NCBI GenBank assembly: GCA_050298055.1
Contig: JBNKTL010000002.1
Span: 1-64,000, forward strand
Source of the DNA: Spirochaetota bacterium
Lineage (GTDB): Bacteria > Spirochaetota > UBA4802 > UBA5550
Reading direction: 5' to 3'
DNA: 64,000 nt
The notes under the pieces are model-generated. The model saw only the letters and a list, made by a program, of their open reading frames with translations. It did no database searches and was not told the origin of the DNA. Shown here one piece after another: positions 48,830-58,477 of the stretch (position 1 is the first letter of the stretch; each line of letters begins with the position of its first letter). The position numbers were made by a program, and so were the translations under genes.

Positions 48830-49834
48830 ATGAACAGACATGAAAAATCCCGGTTTCACTATATATTCCTGACCTTCGGACTGGCGCCAATACTCTTCAT
48901 CGGCATCTACTATGCCGTCTATGGTTCCGGGGAGATGGAGATCGGCAGAGACAAACCCTCAAGGACTGCCGAGGGCGTTGCCGCGCTGAGGGCCATGGCC
49001 TGTTATGAACCGGATAAAAAGTACAGGAACCCCGATTACCTCGCCGAGAAGTTTATCAGCCGGGACTTCCGGGATTCGGCAAGATGGTGGTATGATCCCG
49101 GACATGTTGAGGTAATACTTGAACGAATTCATGAAAGGGGTGCCGTTGGTTATTTTTATCTCAATGCGCGGACCAAGCATATTGATGCCACCCTGAAGAA
49201 GGAGGCTGCAAAAGGCATAAAACAGGTTGTTGTTCTGGGATCGGGATATGACAGCCGGGCATACAGGTTTGGGAAGAGTCTGCCGGGTGTTAAGTTCTTC
49301 GAAGTAGACCTCCCGGCAACCATTGAAGAAAAACAGGAGAGAGTGAAAAAGATCTTCGGAAAGCTGCCGGAAAACACATTTTATGCGCCTATCGATTTTA
49401 ATACAGACACAATTGAGAATGTCCTGTTAAAAGCAGGATATAATTCTTCCCTGATGACCTTCTTTATTTGGGAGGGGGTCTCCATGTATATCAGCGAGGA
49501 AGCTGTGAACAGTACACTTAAATTCATCGCAGAAAAATCAGGACCGGGAAGCTCGGTAATATTCGACTATCTCCACAGGGATGTCATCGACGGTGAATTC
49601 GAAAAACATCATGGGGCGGAGAGAATGGCCGAACGGGTGGAAGATGTGGGCGAACCCTTTACCTTCGGCATGGCACGGGATGAAGCCGAACTTACCGTAA
49701 AAAAGAACGGGCTGAAGGTCATATGGGACATCGGCAAAAAAGAGATGGAGAATATCTACCTTGTAACCAGCCGGGGAGAGGTGCGGGGGCCCGCACCGAC
49801 TTTTTTCAGGATTATGCACGCGGGGAAATTATAA
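48830..49834 (+). CDS. LCM-family SAM-dependent methyltransferase with N-terminal TM
   Basis: SRTAEGVAALRA, ARTKHID, QVVVLGSGYDSRAYR, FEVDLP, WEGVSMY. Confidence 0.88.
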   Translation: MNRHEKSRFHYIFLTFGLAPILFIGIYYAVYGSGEMEIGRDKPSRTAEGVAALRAMACYEPDKKYRNPDYLAEKFISRDFRDSARWWYDPGHVEVILERIHERGAVGYFYLNARTKHIDATLKKEAAKGIKQVVVLGSGYDSRAYRFGKSLPGVKFFEVDLPATIEEKQERVKKIFGKLPENTFYAPIDFNTDTIENVLLKAGYNSSLMTFFIWEGVSMYISEEAVNSTLKFIAEKSGPGSSVIFDYLHRDVIDGEFEKHHGAERMAERVEDVGEPFTFGMARDEAELTVKKNGLKVIWDIGKKEMENIYLVTSRGEVRGPAPTFFRIMHAGKL

Positions 49835-50547
49835 TGAAAAAACCGGGGCTGATCGGCGGGATAGGACCTGAATCAACAGTTGAATACTACAGGCTTATTC
49901 TCCGGAAATACAGGGAAAAACTGGGTACCCGAGAGTATCCTGAAATATTAATAAACAGCATTAATATGACAGCAATGCTGGAACTGGTCTTCACCGGCAG
50001 GCTTGATGAACTTGTGGATTTAATGACCGCGAGTGTATTGGACCTGGAAAAAGCGGGAGCCGATTTCGCCGCAATTACATCAAACACACCGCATATTGTT
50101 TTTGATGAGATAATGAAAAAAGTAAAGATCCCGGTAATCAGCATCGTTGAAGAAACATGTAAAAGCGCAGGCAACAGTAAAATAAAAAAAGCTGCGCTTT
50201 TCGGGACAAAATCAACCATGACAGCCGGTTTTTATAACCGGACTGCGAAAAAATATGGAATTGAAATCATTACACCGGATGATGATACAATAGATTATAT
50301 CCATGACCGATATATGAATGAACTTGTCTTTAACCGGATACTTCCGGAAACAAAATCAAAACTTGTACAGATTGCAGAAGAAATGAGACGCTCACAGGGA
50401 ATTCACGGGCTTATCCTCGGTGGAACAGAGCTTCCCCTGATCCTCAGGCAGGAGGACTTTGAGGAAATTAAGCTGTTTGATACAACCTCCATTCATGTTG
50501 AAAGCATTATTAATGAGATGATAACTATCCCCCGGCCCCCGGGCTAA
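49834..50547 (+). CDS. Aspartate/glutamate racemase-family protein lacking catalytic cysteines
   Basis: GLIGGIGPEST..YY, ITSNTPH, ILGGTELP; ATG overlaps the methyltransferase stop. Confidence 0.85.
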   Translation: MKKPGLIGGIGPESTVEYYRLILRKYREKLGTREYPEILINSINMTAMLELVFTGRLDELVDLMTASVLDLEKAGADFAAITSNTPHIVFDEIMKKVKIPVISIVEETCKSAGNSKIKKAALFGTKSTMTAGFYNRTAKKYGIEIITPDDDTIDYIHDRYMNELVFNRILPETKSKLVQIAEEMRRSQGIHGLILGGTELPLILRQEDFEEIKLFDTTSIHVESIINEMITIPRPPG

Positions 50548-50552
50548 AATGT

Positions 50553-50606
50553 CGTTTATTACACTCTACGTAGCGTTCATTACACTCTATGTAGCATTCA
50601 TTACAC
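50553..50606 (+). repeat. 21-bp tandem repeat, about 2.6 units
   Basis: CGTTTATTACACTCTACGTAG / CGTTCATTACACTCTATGTAG / CATTCATTACAC. Confidence 0.8.
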
Positions 50607-50743
50607 GTCACTTGACAAAGTTATGAAAATGTGTATTATTCACATCAGTAACATTACATCATCCTTATGACTGGATTACTGCTTATCTTACCTACAGGGC
50701 TGTAATCCAGTCATCTTTATTCTCTCTTATCATAACAAAAATC

Positions 50744-50886
50744 GTAATAACTCAAGATGAGCAATAAGAATAATCATATTCATGGAAAAACAGAACTGAT
50801 ATGTTCCCCGCTGCCTATTACGGTGGGGACTTATTTTTGGTATTTTATTAAATATGTCAATTTAAGCCATTCAACTGAGTCGTTAC
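50744..50886. mobile_element. IS66-like MITE copy
   Basis: GTAATAACTCAAG...CCCCGCTG...CGGTGGGGAC...CAACTGAGTCGTTAC. Confidence 0.75.
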
Positions 50887-50972
50887 AAAAAACAAATAAT
50901 TGACAGATAGCAGCAAAACCTTAATATGAAAAGCAGGGCCGGGATATTCTAAAACCGGAAAAAGAGAGAAAC

Positions 50973-52022
50973 ATGAAAACAGCTGCAATAGTGATTAATG
51001 TCCTGTTAATAATACTTTTTCCCCATTACGGTTTATCCGGCTCAGAGAAATCCCCCGGAGCAGATGAAAAAAAAACAGAAGTTGTTTTAACCGGAGAAGA
51101 ATGCAGGGAAAAACTGCAACTCATAAAAAAACTCTTATCATCAAAATTAAAAGCTGATTTAAACAATGCCATTGTTCATGCCGTCAAAATTCCCTTCGGA
51201 AAAAAATGCAATGAAGTCCATTACCATATAATTGACAGTTTGATTTCCTTGGGATATTACCCGGAAAAATATAACTCTTTCATTATAAAGACCATGGATG
51301 GGATTGAGGAGCCGTCCATGGATTACAGGACGACCTGGTGCCTCAGGTATATTGCGTCAGATGGTGAAATAAATAAAAGTGAATGGGACTCTGCTCTGAA
51401 CATGATAAAAAACGGGAAACTTATCTCATTGCCGGTATACTTCAGGTATCTTTTTACCGGGATAAAAAGTCTGTCCGGCGGAAAAGCAGAATCAAGACTG
51501 GATGATGTTCTGGGAAAAGCAAAAGAATTCAAATATGTTAAATCAGATGAACCTGCCGATCTCCTTTTTGCAGTTATCAACGGACTCAATCCGGACAACG
51601 TCAGGCATTACCGGATAATCGGTTATATTCTTAAGAAATATGCGAAGATCATACCTGACAATGAAAAAGAGAACAGGAACACTGCTCTTATCTATTGGAA
51701 AATGTATACAAAAATGATTGAAATAAACCGGAACAGGGATATGATTGAAAGTGTCCTCTCCGGAATGATATCTTTTCTGAAAAGAAGAAATCCCTCTGAG
51801 GGACCCGCAAGGGTCCTCATAAGTACTGCACTCTCAATTGAGAGAAAAATACGTCACACGAGAGACCCTTTCTATGAAAGTCAGCTTTACATGATAAACA
51901 GAGAGCTTCTCAACTGGATATGTTACTCAGTGGCATCAAGCAGCTATATGAACAGCATCGAAAAGAGAAAAAAATATATAAAAAGAAACAGAATCAAATG
52001 CAGAAAGGGAGGGGAAGACTAA
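50973..52022 (+). CDS. Exported hypothetical helical protein
   Basis: Signal peptide and long ORF; no motif recognised. Confidence 0.6.
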   Translation: MKTAAIVINVLLIILFPHYGLSGSEKSPGADEKKTEVVLTGEECREKLQLIKKLLSSKLKADLNNAIVHAVKIPFGKKCNEVHYHIIDSLISLGYYPEKYNSFIIKTMDGIEEPSMDYRTTWCLRYIASDGEINKSEWDSALNMIKNGKLISLPVYFRYLFTGIKSLSGGKAESRLDDVLGKAKEFKYVKSDEPADLLFAVINGLNPDNVRHYRIIGYILKKYAKIIPDNEKENRNTALIYWKMYTKMIEINRNRDMIESVLSGMISFLKRRNPSEGPARVLISTALSIERKIRHTRDPFYESQLYMINRELLNWICYSVASSSYMNSIEKRKKYIKRNRIKCRKGGED

Positions 52023-52393
52023 TGAGACAGAGCCTCCTGTTTTTTTTAATTATTTTCACTCCTGTAATGATTTTGTCATATGCAGATAAATACCTGTTTC
52101 AAAATGAGAAGACCTGCAGCCGGTGTCTCCAGGAAATAAAAAGCAAATCGAACGAGAAAAAAAACGAATACCGGTGCAGGCCGAAAAACAGCTCCCGGCC
52201 GGAGAGGGATTACTTTATTGAAAAGAGGTATTTCTCTTCAGAAAGCAGTGAGTTTCTGAAGATCATTGAAAAGGAGAATTACAGGGAGAAAAGCGGAAAA
52301 AAGAAGAGATCCATTCTCCGGGAACAGAAAGGATTGACTGAAAAGGAAGTCAGAGAACTCTGCCCCCGGACCTACACTCTCTTACAAAGGTAA
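52022..52393 (+). CDS. Hypothetical exported protein
   Basis: ATG overlaps the upstream stop (TAATG); signal-like N-terminus. Confidence 0.55.
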   Translation: MRQSLLFFLIIFTPVMILSYADKYLFQNEKTCSRCLQEIKSKSNEKKNEYRCRPKNSSRPERDYFIEKRYFSSESSEFLKIIEKENYREKSGKKKRSILREQKGLTEKEVRELCPRTYTLLQR

Positions 52394-52395
52394 AT

Positions 52396-52818
52396 TCACC
52401 GTCCCTGCTCCCTGGCCAGCCTGACAATTTTCTTTTTCATGCCCTTCTCTTTCAATTGATAAACAACAACACATTTTCCGGAAGCTTTATCGTATGTAGA
52501 TTTAACAATCATAGCCCCGCGAATTGTCCCTGAAAACTCTTTCTTTACAACATCTTTAAAAACTTCAGTCTTGACCTTACCCCTGACACTTTCAATACCT
52601 GTTTCTGCAAATTTTATTATCATCTTTGCCACAGCATCAAGCCTTGCAGCCTCACATGCACTGGCCCTGCCCTGGACACCGGTAAATTCTTTCTTCGCAT
52701 AACCTGTTCCCGAAACCCTGAAGGTACTTTCATCCACCCAGACTCCTCTTTCCATGCTGTTGGAACAGAGAAGAAGAGGAAGTGTAAAAAGAGATACCAA
52801 TCTGATAAGTTTTTTCAT
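52396..52818 (-). CDS. LipL21/LPP20-like lipoprotein
   Basis: Lipobox LLLC; ACEAARL.A........ES..G.......V....SG.IRG resembles leptospiral LipL21. Confidence 0.6.
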   Translation of the reverse strand: MKKLIRLVSLFTLPLLLCSNSMERGVWVDESTFRVSGTGYAKKEFTGVQGRASACEAARLDAVAKMIIKFAETGIESVRGKVKTEVFKDVVKKEFSGTIRGAMIVKSTYDKASGKCVVVYQLKEKGMKKKIVRLAREQGR

Positions 52819-52894
52819 ATCTTCACCTTCTCAAAAATTTTATTTATCACCCTGTCAATATCCTGACCGATTTGAAATAATAAACCACGCAATT

Positions 52895-52984
52895 TCAATC
52901 AACGACCTGACAGCATCTTACCGCCGCCGTGGGCGTCGAAAACATATATACAGGCTTATTTTAGCCAAACAGCTGAGTAGTTAT
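52895..52984. mobile_element. IS66-like MITE remnant
   Basis: CCGCCGCC core remnant; right end CAGCTGAGTAGTTAT. Confidence 0.6.
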
Positions 52985-53050
52985 AATAAAAATAATATAC
53001 ATAATTTTAAGCATATGAGGTAACGGAATCAAGAATTTTATTGAAAAATA

Positions 53051-53190
53051 TTACGATTCAACCAGAGTTTTCAAAATTAACAGGTTAATAAATATTACAA
53101 AACCGGTAAGTCCCACCGCCTTCGGTGGCAGAGACATACTCTTATTTTTGCCATTATTATATATTTTTAACCATACAACCGATTATTATT
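53051..53190. mobile_element. IS66-like MITE copy (degenerate)
   Basis: CAGGTTAATAAATATT...GTCCCACCGCCTTCGGTGGCAGAGAC...TTTTAACCATACAAC, collinear with copy 6160-6310. Confidence 0.6.
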
Positions 53191-53319
53191 ATAAAATTAC
53201 AGGAAAAGAGCTGATATACAGAGAGTTTATACTATAATTGTTAAAGAAAAAGAAAAATATATTGTCCTCCTGAAGCATTAAATGCTATATACAATTAACA
53301 ACCGATTAACATTAATGAT

Positions 53320-55218
53320 ATGAATAATTTTTCTCTTATACTTCCGATCTCTCTTTTAATCGCTGCCGGGTTCATGGGCTATATGATCACATACAGGAAG
53401 CGGCAGGAGAGAAAAAAGACCGATGAAAAACTAAACCAATACAAGGAAAACCTCGAAGATATTGTCGTTGAGCAGACAACCGATTTAATAAGGGCCAATA
53501 AGTCGTTAAAAAAAGAAATTGAAGAGAAGGAGAAATACGAAGAGCAGCTGCGCGAAAAGAACCAGGAGCTTTTTGCCGCCAATGAAGAGCTCAGAGCAGC
53601 CATGGAAGAGCTTGAAGCAAGTAACGAAGAGTTTGAGGCACAGAACGAAGAACTTATTCGATCGGCTTATGAACTTCAGAAAAATGAAGCATTCCAAAAA
53701 AGTATATTCAAGGTTGCTCCCACCGGTATCGGAGTTGTTACAAACAGGGAGTTCACAACTATCAATAAACAGATTACAGACATGACCGGTTACACGGCAG
53801 ATGAGCTCATCGGGAAAAACTCAAGAATCCTCTATCCAACAGATGAAGAGTATCAGTTTGTTGATAAAGAAATGATCAAACAGATAACAAAGTATGGGAC
53901 CGGTTCAGTGGAAACAGAGTGGCAGCGAAAGGATGGTGTAATAATCGACATTCTCCTGAACGCAACACCGATCACCGTGAAAGATCCATCCGCGGACATT
54001 ACCTTTACAGCTCTTAATATTACAGACAGAAAAATAACCGAAAAAAGGCTCAGGGAGAGCGAAGAGCATTTAAGAAAACTCCTGGAAAACTCACCGGTTG
54101 GGATAGGAATATCAGATGAAGAGGGAAAGTTTACATTTCTTAACCACAAGTTTACCCGGTTATTCGGTTATACAGTGGATGACATCCCTGACCTTGAGAC
54201 ATGGTGGTCGGCGGCCCACCCGGATGAACACTATAGAAAGGCTGTTAAAGAGACATGGGATGCTGTTGTAAAAGAATCCGGTAAAACAGGGAATTCAATA
54301 TATCCCCAGGAGTGGGAGGTTACCTGCAAAAACGGGAATGTTAAATATATTCAATTCTATATGACCCTAATCGGCGACCACTCATTTATTGTCATCAACG
54401 ACCTCACGGAGAAGAAACAGTCAGAGCAGCTCCTTATTCAGACAGAGAAGATGATGACTGTAGGGGGACTGGCTGCAGGGATGGCCCATGAGATCAATAA
54501 TCCCCTGGGTGTAATATTACAGGGAGTACAGTTAACACTGAACAGGCTCTCTTCGGAGAACAATGAGAATCGAAAAACCGCTGAAAAACGAGATACCGAC
54601 CTGGAGAAGATAAGGGATTACCTCGAAGACAGAAATATTTTTAAATACCTCCATGGCATCAGAGACGCCGGTATGCGCGCTTCAGCTATCATTACAAACA
54701 TGCTCAATTTCAGCAGAAGGACTAAAGCCAGAAAGAAACCGGCAGATTTACATGCAATTATCGAAAAGGCAATTGATATCGCTTCCCAGGATTATAACCT
54801 TGAAAAGAAATACGACTTCAGAAATATAACAATCAACAGGAAATACGATAACAATCTTGAAAAGGTGCCCTGTATTGAAACAGAAATCGAACAGGTAATC
54901 CTTAACCTGTTAACAAATTCATCCCAGGCAATGGCCGAGATCAATGAGTGGGGCTACAGGCCTGTGATCGATATTACAAGCTTCAATGAAGACAGTTATA
55001 CTGTTATTGAAATCACCGATAATGGGCCCGGAATGACAAAAGAAGTTCTCAATCATATCTTTGAACCTTTCTATACAACCAAAGATGTCGGAACAGGTAC
55101 CGGCCTCGGTTTATCCGTATCCTATTTTATCGTTACCAACAATCATAACGGGATTTTTACTGCTAAATCGGAACCGGGTAACGGTGCATGTTTTATAATA
55201 AAACTTCCCTTTGAATAA
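53320..55218 (+). CDS. PAS-PAS histidine kinase (NtrB-like)
   Basis: AGMAHEINNPL, QVILNLLTNS, DNGPGM, FEPFYTTK.VG.GTGLGL. Confidence 0.92.
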   Translation: MNNFSLILPISLLIAAGFMGYMITYRKRQERKKTDEKLNQYKENLEDIVVEQTTDLIRANKSLKKEIEEKEKYEEQLREKNQELFAANEELRAAMEELEASNEEFEAQNEELIRSAYELQKNEAFQKSIFKVAPTGIGVVTNREFTTINKQITDMTGYTADELIGKNSRILYPTDEEYQFVDKEMIKQITKYGTGSVETEWQRKDGVIIDILLNATPITVKDPSADITFTALNITDRKITEKRLRESEEHLRKLLENSPVGIGISDEEGKFTFLNHKFTRLFGYTVDDIPDLETWWSAAHPDEHYRKAVKETWDAVVKESGKTGNSIYPQEWEVTCKNGNVKYIQFYMTLIGDHSFIVINDLTEKKQSEQLLIQTEKMMTVGGLAAGMAHEINNPLGVILQGVQLTLNRLSSENNENRKTAEKRDTDLEKIRDYLEDRNIFKYLHGIRDAGMRASAIITNMLNFSRRTKARKKPADLHAIIEKAIDIASQDYNLEKKYDFRNITINRKYDNNLEKVPCIETEIEQVILNLLTNSSQAMAEINEWGYRPVIDITSFNEDSYTVIEITDNGPGMTKEVLNHIFEPFYTTKDVGTGTGLGLSVSYFIVTNNHNGIFTAKSEPGNGACFIIKLPFE

Positions 55219-55363
55219 GGGAACCTCTCTTGTTAAGAAACTGCTCTTTATTTACTATCATCCAAAAATATTTTTTTCAATGCATCCTGCTCCCATATTT
55301 CTTGACAGGAAGAATTTAATTTTATTATTATCCCGGAATCAGACAAAACAAATCAGGATCACT

Positions 55364-56479
55364 ATGGACAGCGATTTTAACGACATTAGACCGTACAGGG
55401 ATCATGAAGTGCCTGAAGTGATGAAACGGCTAACCGAAAGCAGTGATTTCGCACAGGGGATGAACTTCTTCATGGGAAGAAAGGCTGATAATCAGCTCAG
55501 CCCGAATGAAATAGAAACCATAAAGAAAACCATGCTGGAAATAAAAACCGTGGATGAATTTCAGATGAAAATTGTTATGCACCTGATGTTCGTGCCGGTT
55601 ATAGAAAACTCTGTTGATGCGATAACAGGTTCAGGGCTGGATAAACTGGCAGCATACGGAAACTGTCTGTTTATCAGCAATCACAGGGACATTGCACTGG
55701 ACCCGGCACTCCAGAACTACCTGCTGATGAAAAACAACCTGAACACTTTCGAAATCGCATTTGGCGACAACCTTCTTATCAGTGAGTTTATCTCTGATCT
55801 TATCAGGATCAATAAGTCCTTCATAGTGAAAAGGAACCTTCCCATATCGGAACTGCTTGAATCGTCAATTCACCTCTCAAAATATATTGAATATACTCAT
55901 TCCAGGGGAAATTCAGTATGGATCGCGCAGAGGGAAGGAAGGGCCAAGGACGGTAATGATTTCACAAATCCCGCAGTTATCAAGATGCTGACCCTGTCTC
56001 AAAGGGAGAAAGGTACCGGTCTCACGGAATTCATAAAGAGAATGAATGTTGTTCCTGTTGCCATTTCTTATGAATTTGATCCCTGTGATAAGATGAAAGG
56101 CCTTGAGCTTTATAAAAAGATGAAAACAGGCGAATCTAAAAAAAGCGCGCTGGAAGATATGGCGAGTATGAACCAGGGAATTTTGGGACACAAGGGAAGA
56201 ATCCATATTTCATTCTCAAAGCCCCTTGAAGGTGAATTTAATACCGAAAAGGATGTTGCTGAAGCAGTTGACCGGTCTATCCATTCAGGCTACCGGCTCT
56301 GGCCATCAAATTATATTGCATATGACACTACCAGGAAAGGTTCAAAGTATGCTGATAACTATACAGATGATGAGAAGAAAAAATTCCTGGATAACTATGC
56401 TCGAATGCCGGAAGAAGTAAGACAGATAGTCCTTGAAGAATATGCAAATCCGGTAGTTAACAGGGAAAAGCCGTTGTAA
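55364..56479 (+). CDS. Glycerol-phosphate/lysophospholipid acyltransferase
   Basis: FNDIRPY, ISNHRDIALD, AFGDNL, WIAQREGRAKDG. Confidence 0.88.
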   Translation: MDSDFNDIRPYRDHEVPEVMKRLTESSDFAQGMNFFMGRKADNQLSPNEIETIKKTMLEIKTVDEFQMKIVMHLMFVPVIENSVDAITGSGLDKLAAYGNCLFISNHRDIALDPALQNYLLMKNNLNTFEIAFGDNLLISEFISDLIRINKSFIVKRNLPISELLESSIHLSKYIEYTHSRGNSVWIAQREGRAKDGNDFTNPAVIKMLTLSQREKGTGLTEFIKRMNVVPVAISYEFDPCDKMKGLELYKKMKTGESKKSALEDMASMNQGILGHKGRIHISFSKPLEGEFNTEKDVAEAVDRSIHSGYRLWPSNYIAYDTTRKGSKYADNYTDDEKKKFLDNYARMPEEVRQIVLEEYANPVVNREKPL

Positions 56480-56505
56480 AAAACAGCCGGCAATCCTGCT
56501 TCCAA

Positions 56506-57480
56506 TCAGTTCTCCTTGTATTTTGTACTCCTTCTTGACATGTATGAAAACTCAAGCAGTTCCTTCGTGTTCTTTTTCTTCAGTTTCATCTTCATGTTTC
56601 TCAGATGCTTATCATAAGTAGCATCGGCAATATCCATCTCCCGTGCAATCTCCCTTCGTGAAAGTCCCAGGGAAAGGTGTCTGAGCAGTTCTCTCTCCTT
56701 TGAGGTAAGAAGCTCCAGCTTGACATTAAGAAGCTCATCTTCAAGTTGCACTTCTTTTGTAATATTTTGTGATATCATGACCGAATAAAGAGGCGAATCG
56801 TTACTATCCTTTACCAGGCGGATACCCGACCTGAACCAGAATGTGTTTCCATCCCGGTAATTTATTCTGTGAACCAGGGTGCTCTCCCCTGCACACCCTG
56901 ATAAAATTTGAGAAAAATAACTGCTGACCATTGGATAGTCATCATCATGAATGATATTTCGGTAATGGGTCCCTTCCAGCTTTTCCCTTGGAGTATCAAG
57001 ATAAGAGCAGTTGTAATCGTTAATAAAAAGGATTTCGCCACCCAGGTTGATAAATGAAATACCTGCAAGGGTATTCTCCAATAGCTGTTTAAAGGTATTT
57101 TCCCGGTCAAGAGAAACCAGTTCCCTTCCGGTTTTTTTCCTGAAAATAACCAGGACTTTTCTTATATCTGCGGCATCGGTGAAATTTATAAATGTCGTTT
57201 TATAAATTCCCGCTCTTTCCTCATTACCAATTATACTGATCTCTTCTTCAATCTGATTTAATTCTATAAGTTTGCTATTGAGGATCTCTCCTGCCCTGTG
57301 TTGCTGTCCGCTGTCTATCAGACTGAAAAAATCACTTCCGGATATTTCATGATAAGCGGAGTTAAAGCACCTGCAAAAATTTTCATTGCAATAACATACT
57401 AAATAGTCCGCGTCCAGGATACAGACAGGATGTTCTGAATTATTATAGAGAAGACCTGCTGCTTTCATTTCAGCATTCAC
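56506..57480 (-). CDS. PAS-PAS-LuxR transcriptional regulator
   Basis: IHDDD PAS/PAC; C-terminal LTSKERELL..L.LG.S..EIA.EM.I...T...H..N...KL. Confidence 0.85.
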   Translation of the reverse strand: MNAEMKAAGLLYNNSEHPVCILDADYLVCYCNENFCRCFNSAYHEISGSDFFSLIDSGQQHRAGEILNSKLIELNQIEEEISIIGNEERAGIYKTTFINFTDAADIRKVLVIFRKKTGRELVSLDRENTFKQLLENTLAGISFINLGGEILFINDYNCSYLDTPREKLEGTHYRNIIHDDDYPMVSSYFSQILSGCAGESTLVHRINYRDGNTFWFRSGIRLVKDSNDSPLYSVMISQNITKEVQLEDELLNVKLELLTSKERELLRHLSLGLSRREIAREMDIADATYDKHLRNMKMKLKKKNTKELLEFSYMSRRSTKYKEN

Positions 57481-57707
57481 CCTGATAAAAAAAAACGTGA
57501 CTGCATGTTAAAACAGCAGTTTTACGGCATGTCAGTTCAATAGCCATTATTTCATAAATAAATGATGCAGATCGGATAAACCGGACCTCTTATAAAGATG
57601 TAAATATTATAAAAAAGATTCAATGAGAATCTGTATATATACAGGGGAATTTACATTCTTAATACTTCCCTTCTCCCGTAACCACAACACCACTCTTCGC
57701 CGGGAAT

Positions 57708-57758
57708 AAAAAAAACTCAGCCAGTATAGATTCACCGGAGAACTTACTCTACTGGCTG
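57708..57758 (-). terminator. Intrinsic terminator (minus strand)
   Basis: CAGCCAGTA...TACTGGCTG stem followed by T8 on the minus strand. Confidence 0.6.
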
Positions 57759-57937
57759 TGAGAATTGACTTTCACTGAGATAATTATTATCAGCCAAATA
57801 ATAATTAATCTACTTTTTTTATATACTAAAAGTCAATGACGATCAATAAAAAAACACTGGTATATATACATACCTGTAGCACTCATTTACATTAATGTCA
57901 GGGATTTTCAGGAAATGATTATTTATGATTTTCCCAC

Positions 57938-58477
57938 TTATAACTCACCCCATTCTTTCAGGAGTGAAAGTGTTTCTGTAAAAGAGACAAGGGACGCTTC
58001 AAGTGAAACAAGGGCCTCATCTGTATATCCGTCAACAAGCTCTGACCAGGCCCTTGCCACAGACCGTTCCCCCGCGGAGAAACGGGTCACGATATCCGCC
58101 TCCGCCCTGAAACCGTAGAGTATACCTATTGATTCCCTGTTCTCCACAAAATGCATGGCTGCCGACTGAATATCCTCAATCCCTTTTTTCAGCTCGTCCC
58201 TGTCGATATCAGAATTCCTGTAGGAATAGAGAAGTTCGGATACATTGTTCTCAATTCCGGAAATGGTAATCGGGAAAAAGCTCTCCGGTTTTATATCGCC
58301 TCCCCGGGAAAGCCTGATTGCTTCCCGCCCCTTCATGCTTTTTCTTGAAAGAAGTGCCCCGGCTGCCGCAACCGAAGCAGAGAGTGCAAAAACGGGCCAG
58401 TTTATCCTTTCAGGGACTGCAGATAACGATGAGAGGATGACCCCAATAATGAAAAGAACCGTGCCTGTATATTTCAT
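57938..58477 (-). CDS. Hypothetical membrane protein coupled to the OPT gene
   Basis: Two N-terminal TMs; F..GER...RAWS..VDGY..EA. Confidence 0.7.
   Translation of the reverse strand: MKYTGTVLFIIGVILSSLSAVPERINWPVFALSASVAAAGALLSRKSMKGREAIRLSRGGDIKPESFFPITISGIENNVSELLYSYRNSDIDRDELKKGIEDIQSAAMHFVENRESIGILYGFRAEADIVTRFSAGERSVARAWSELVDGYTDEALVSLEASLVSFTETLSLLKEWGEL

Noticed and set aside
50553..50606. Mini CRISPR array
   Set aside because: The units are contiguous with no spacers, and no cas genes are present.
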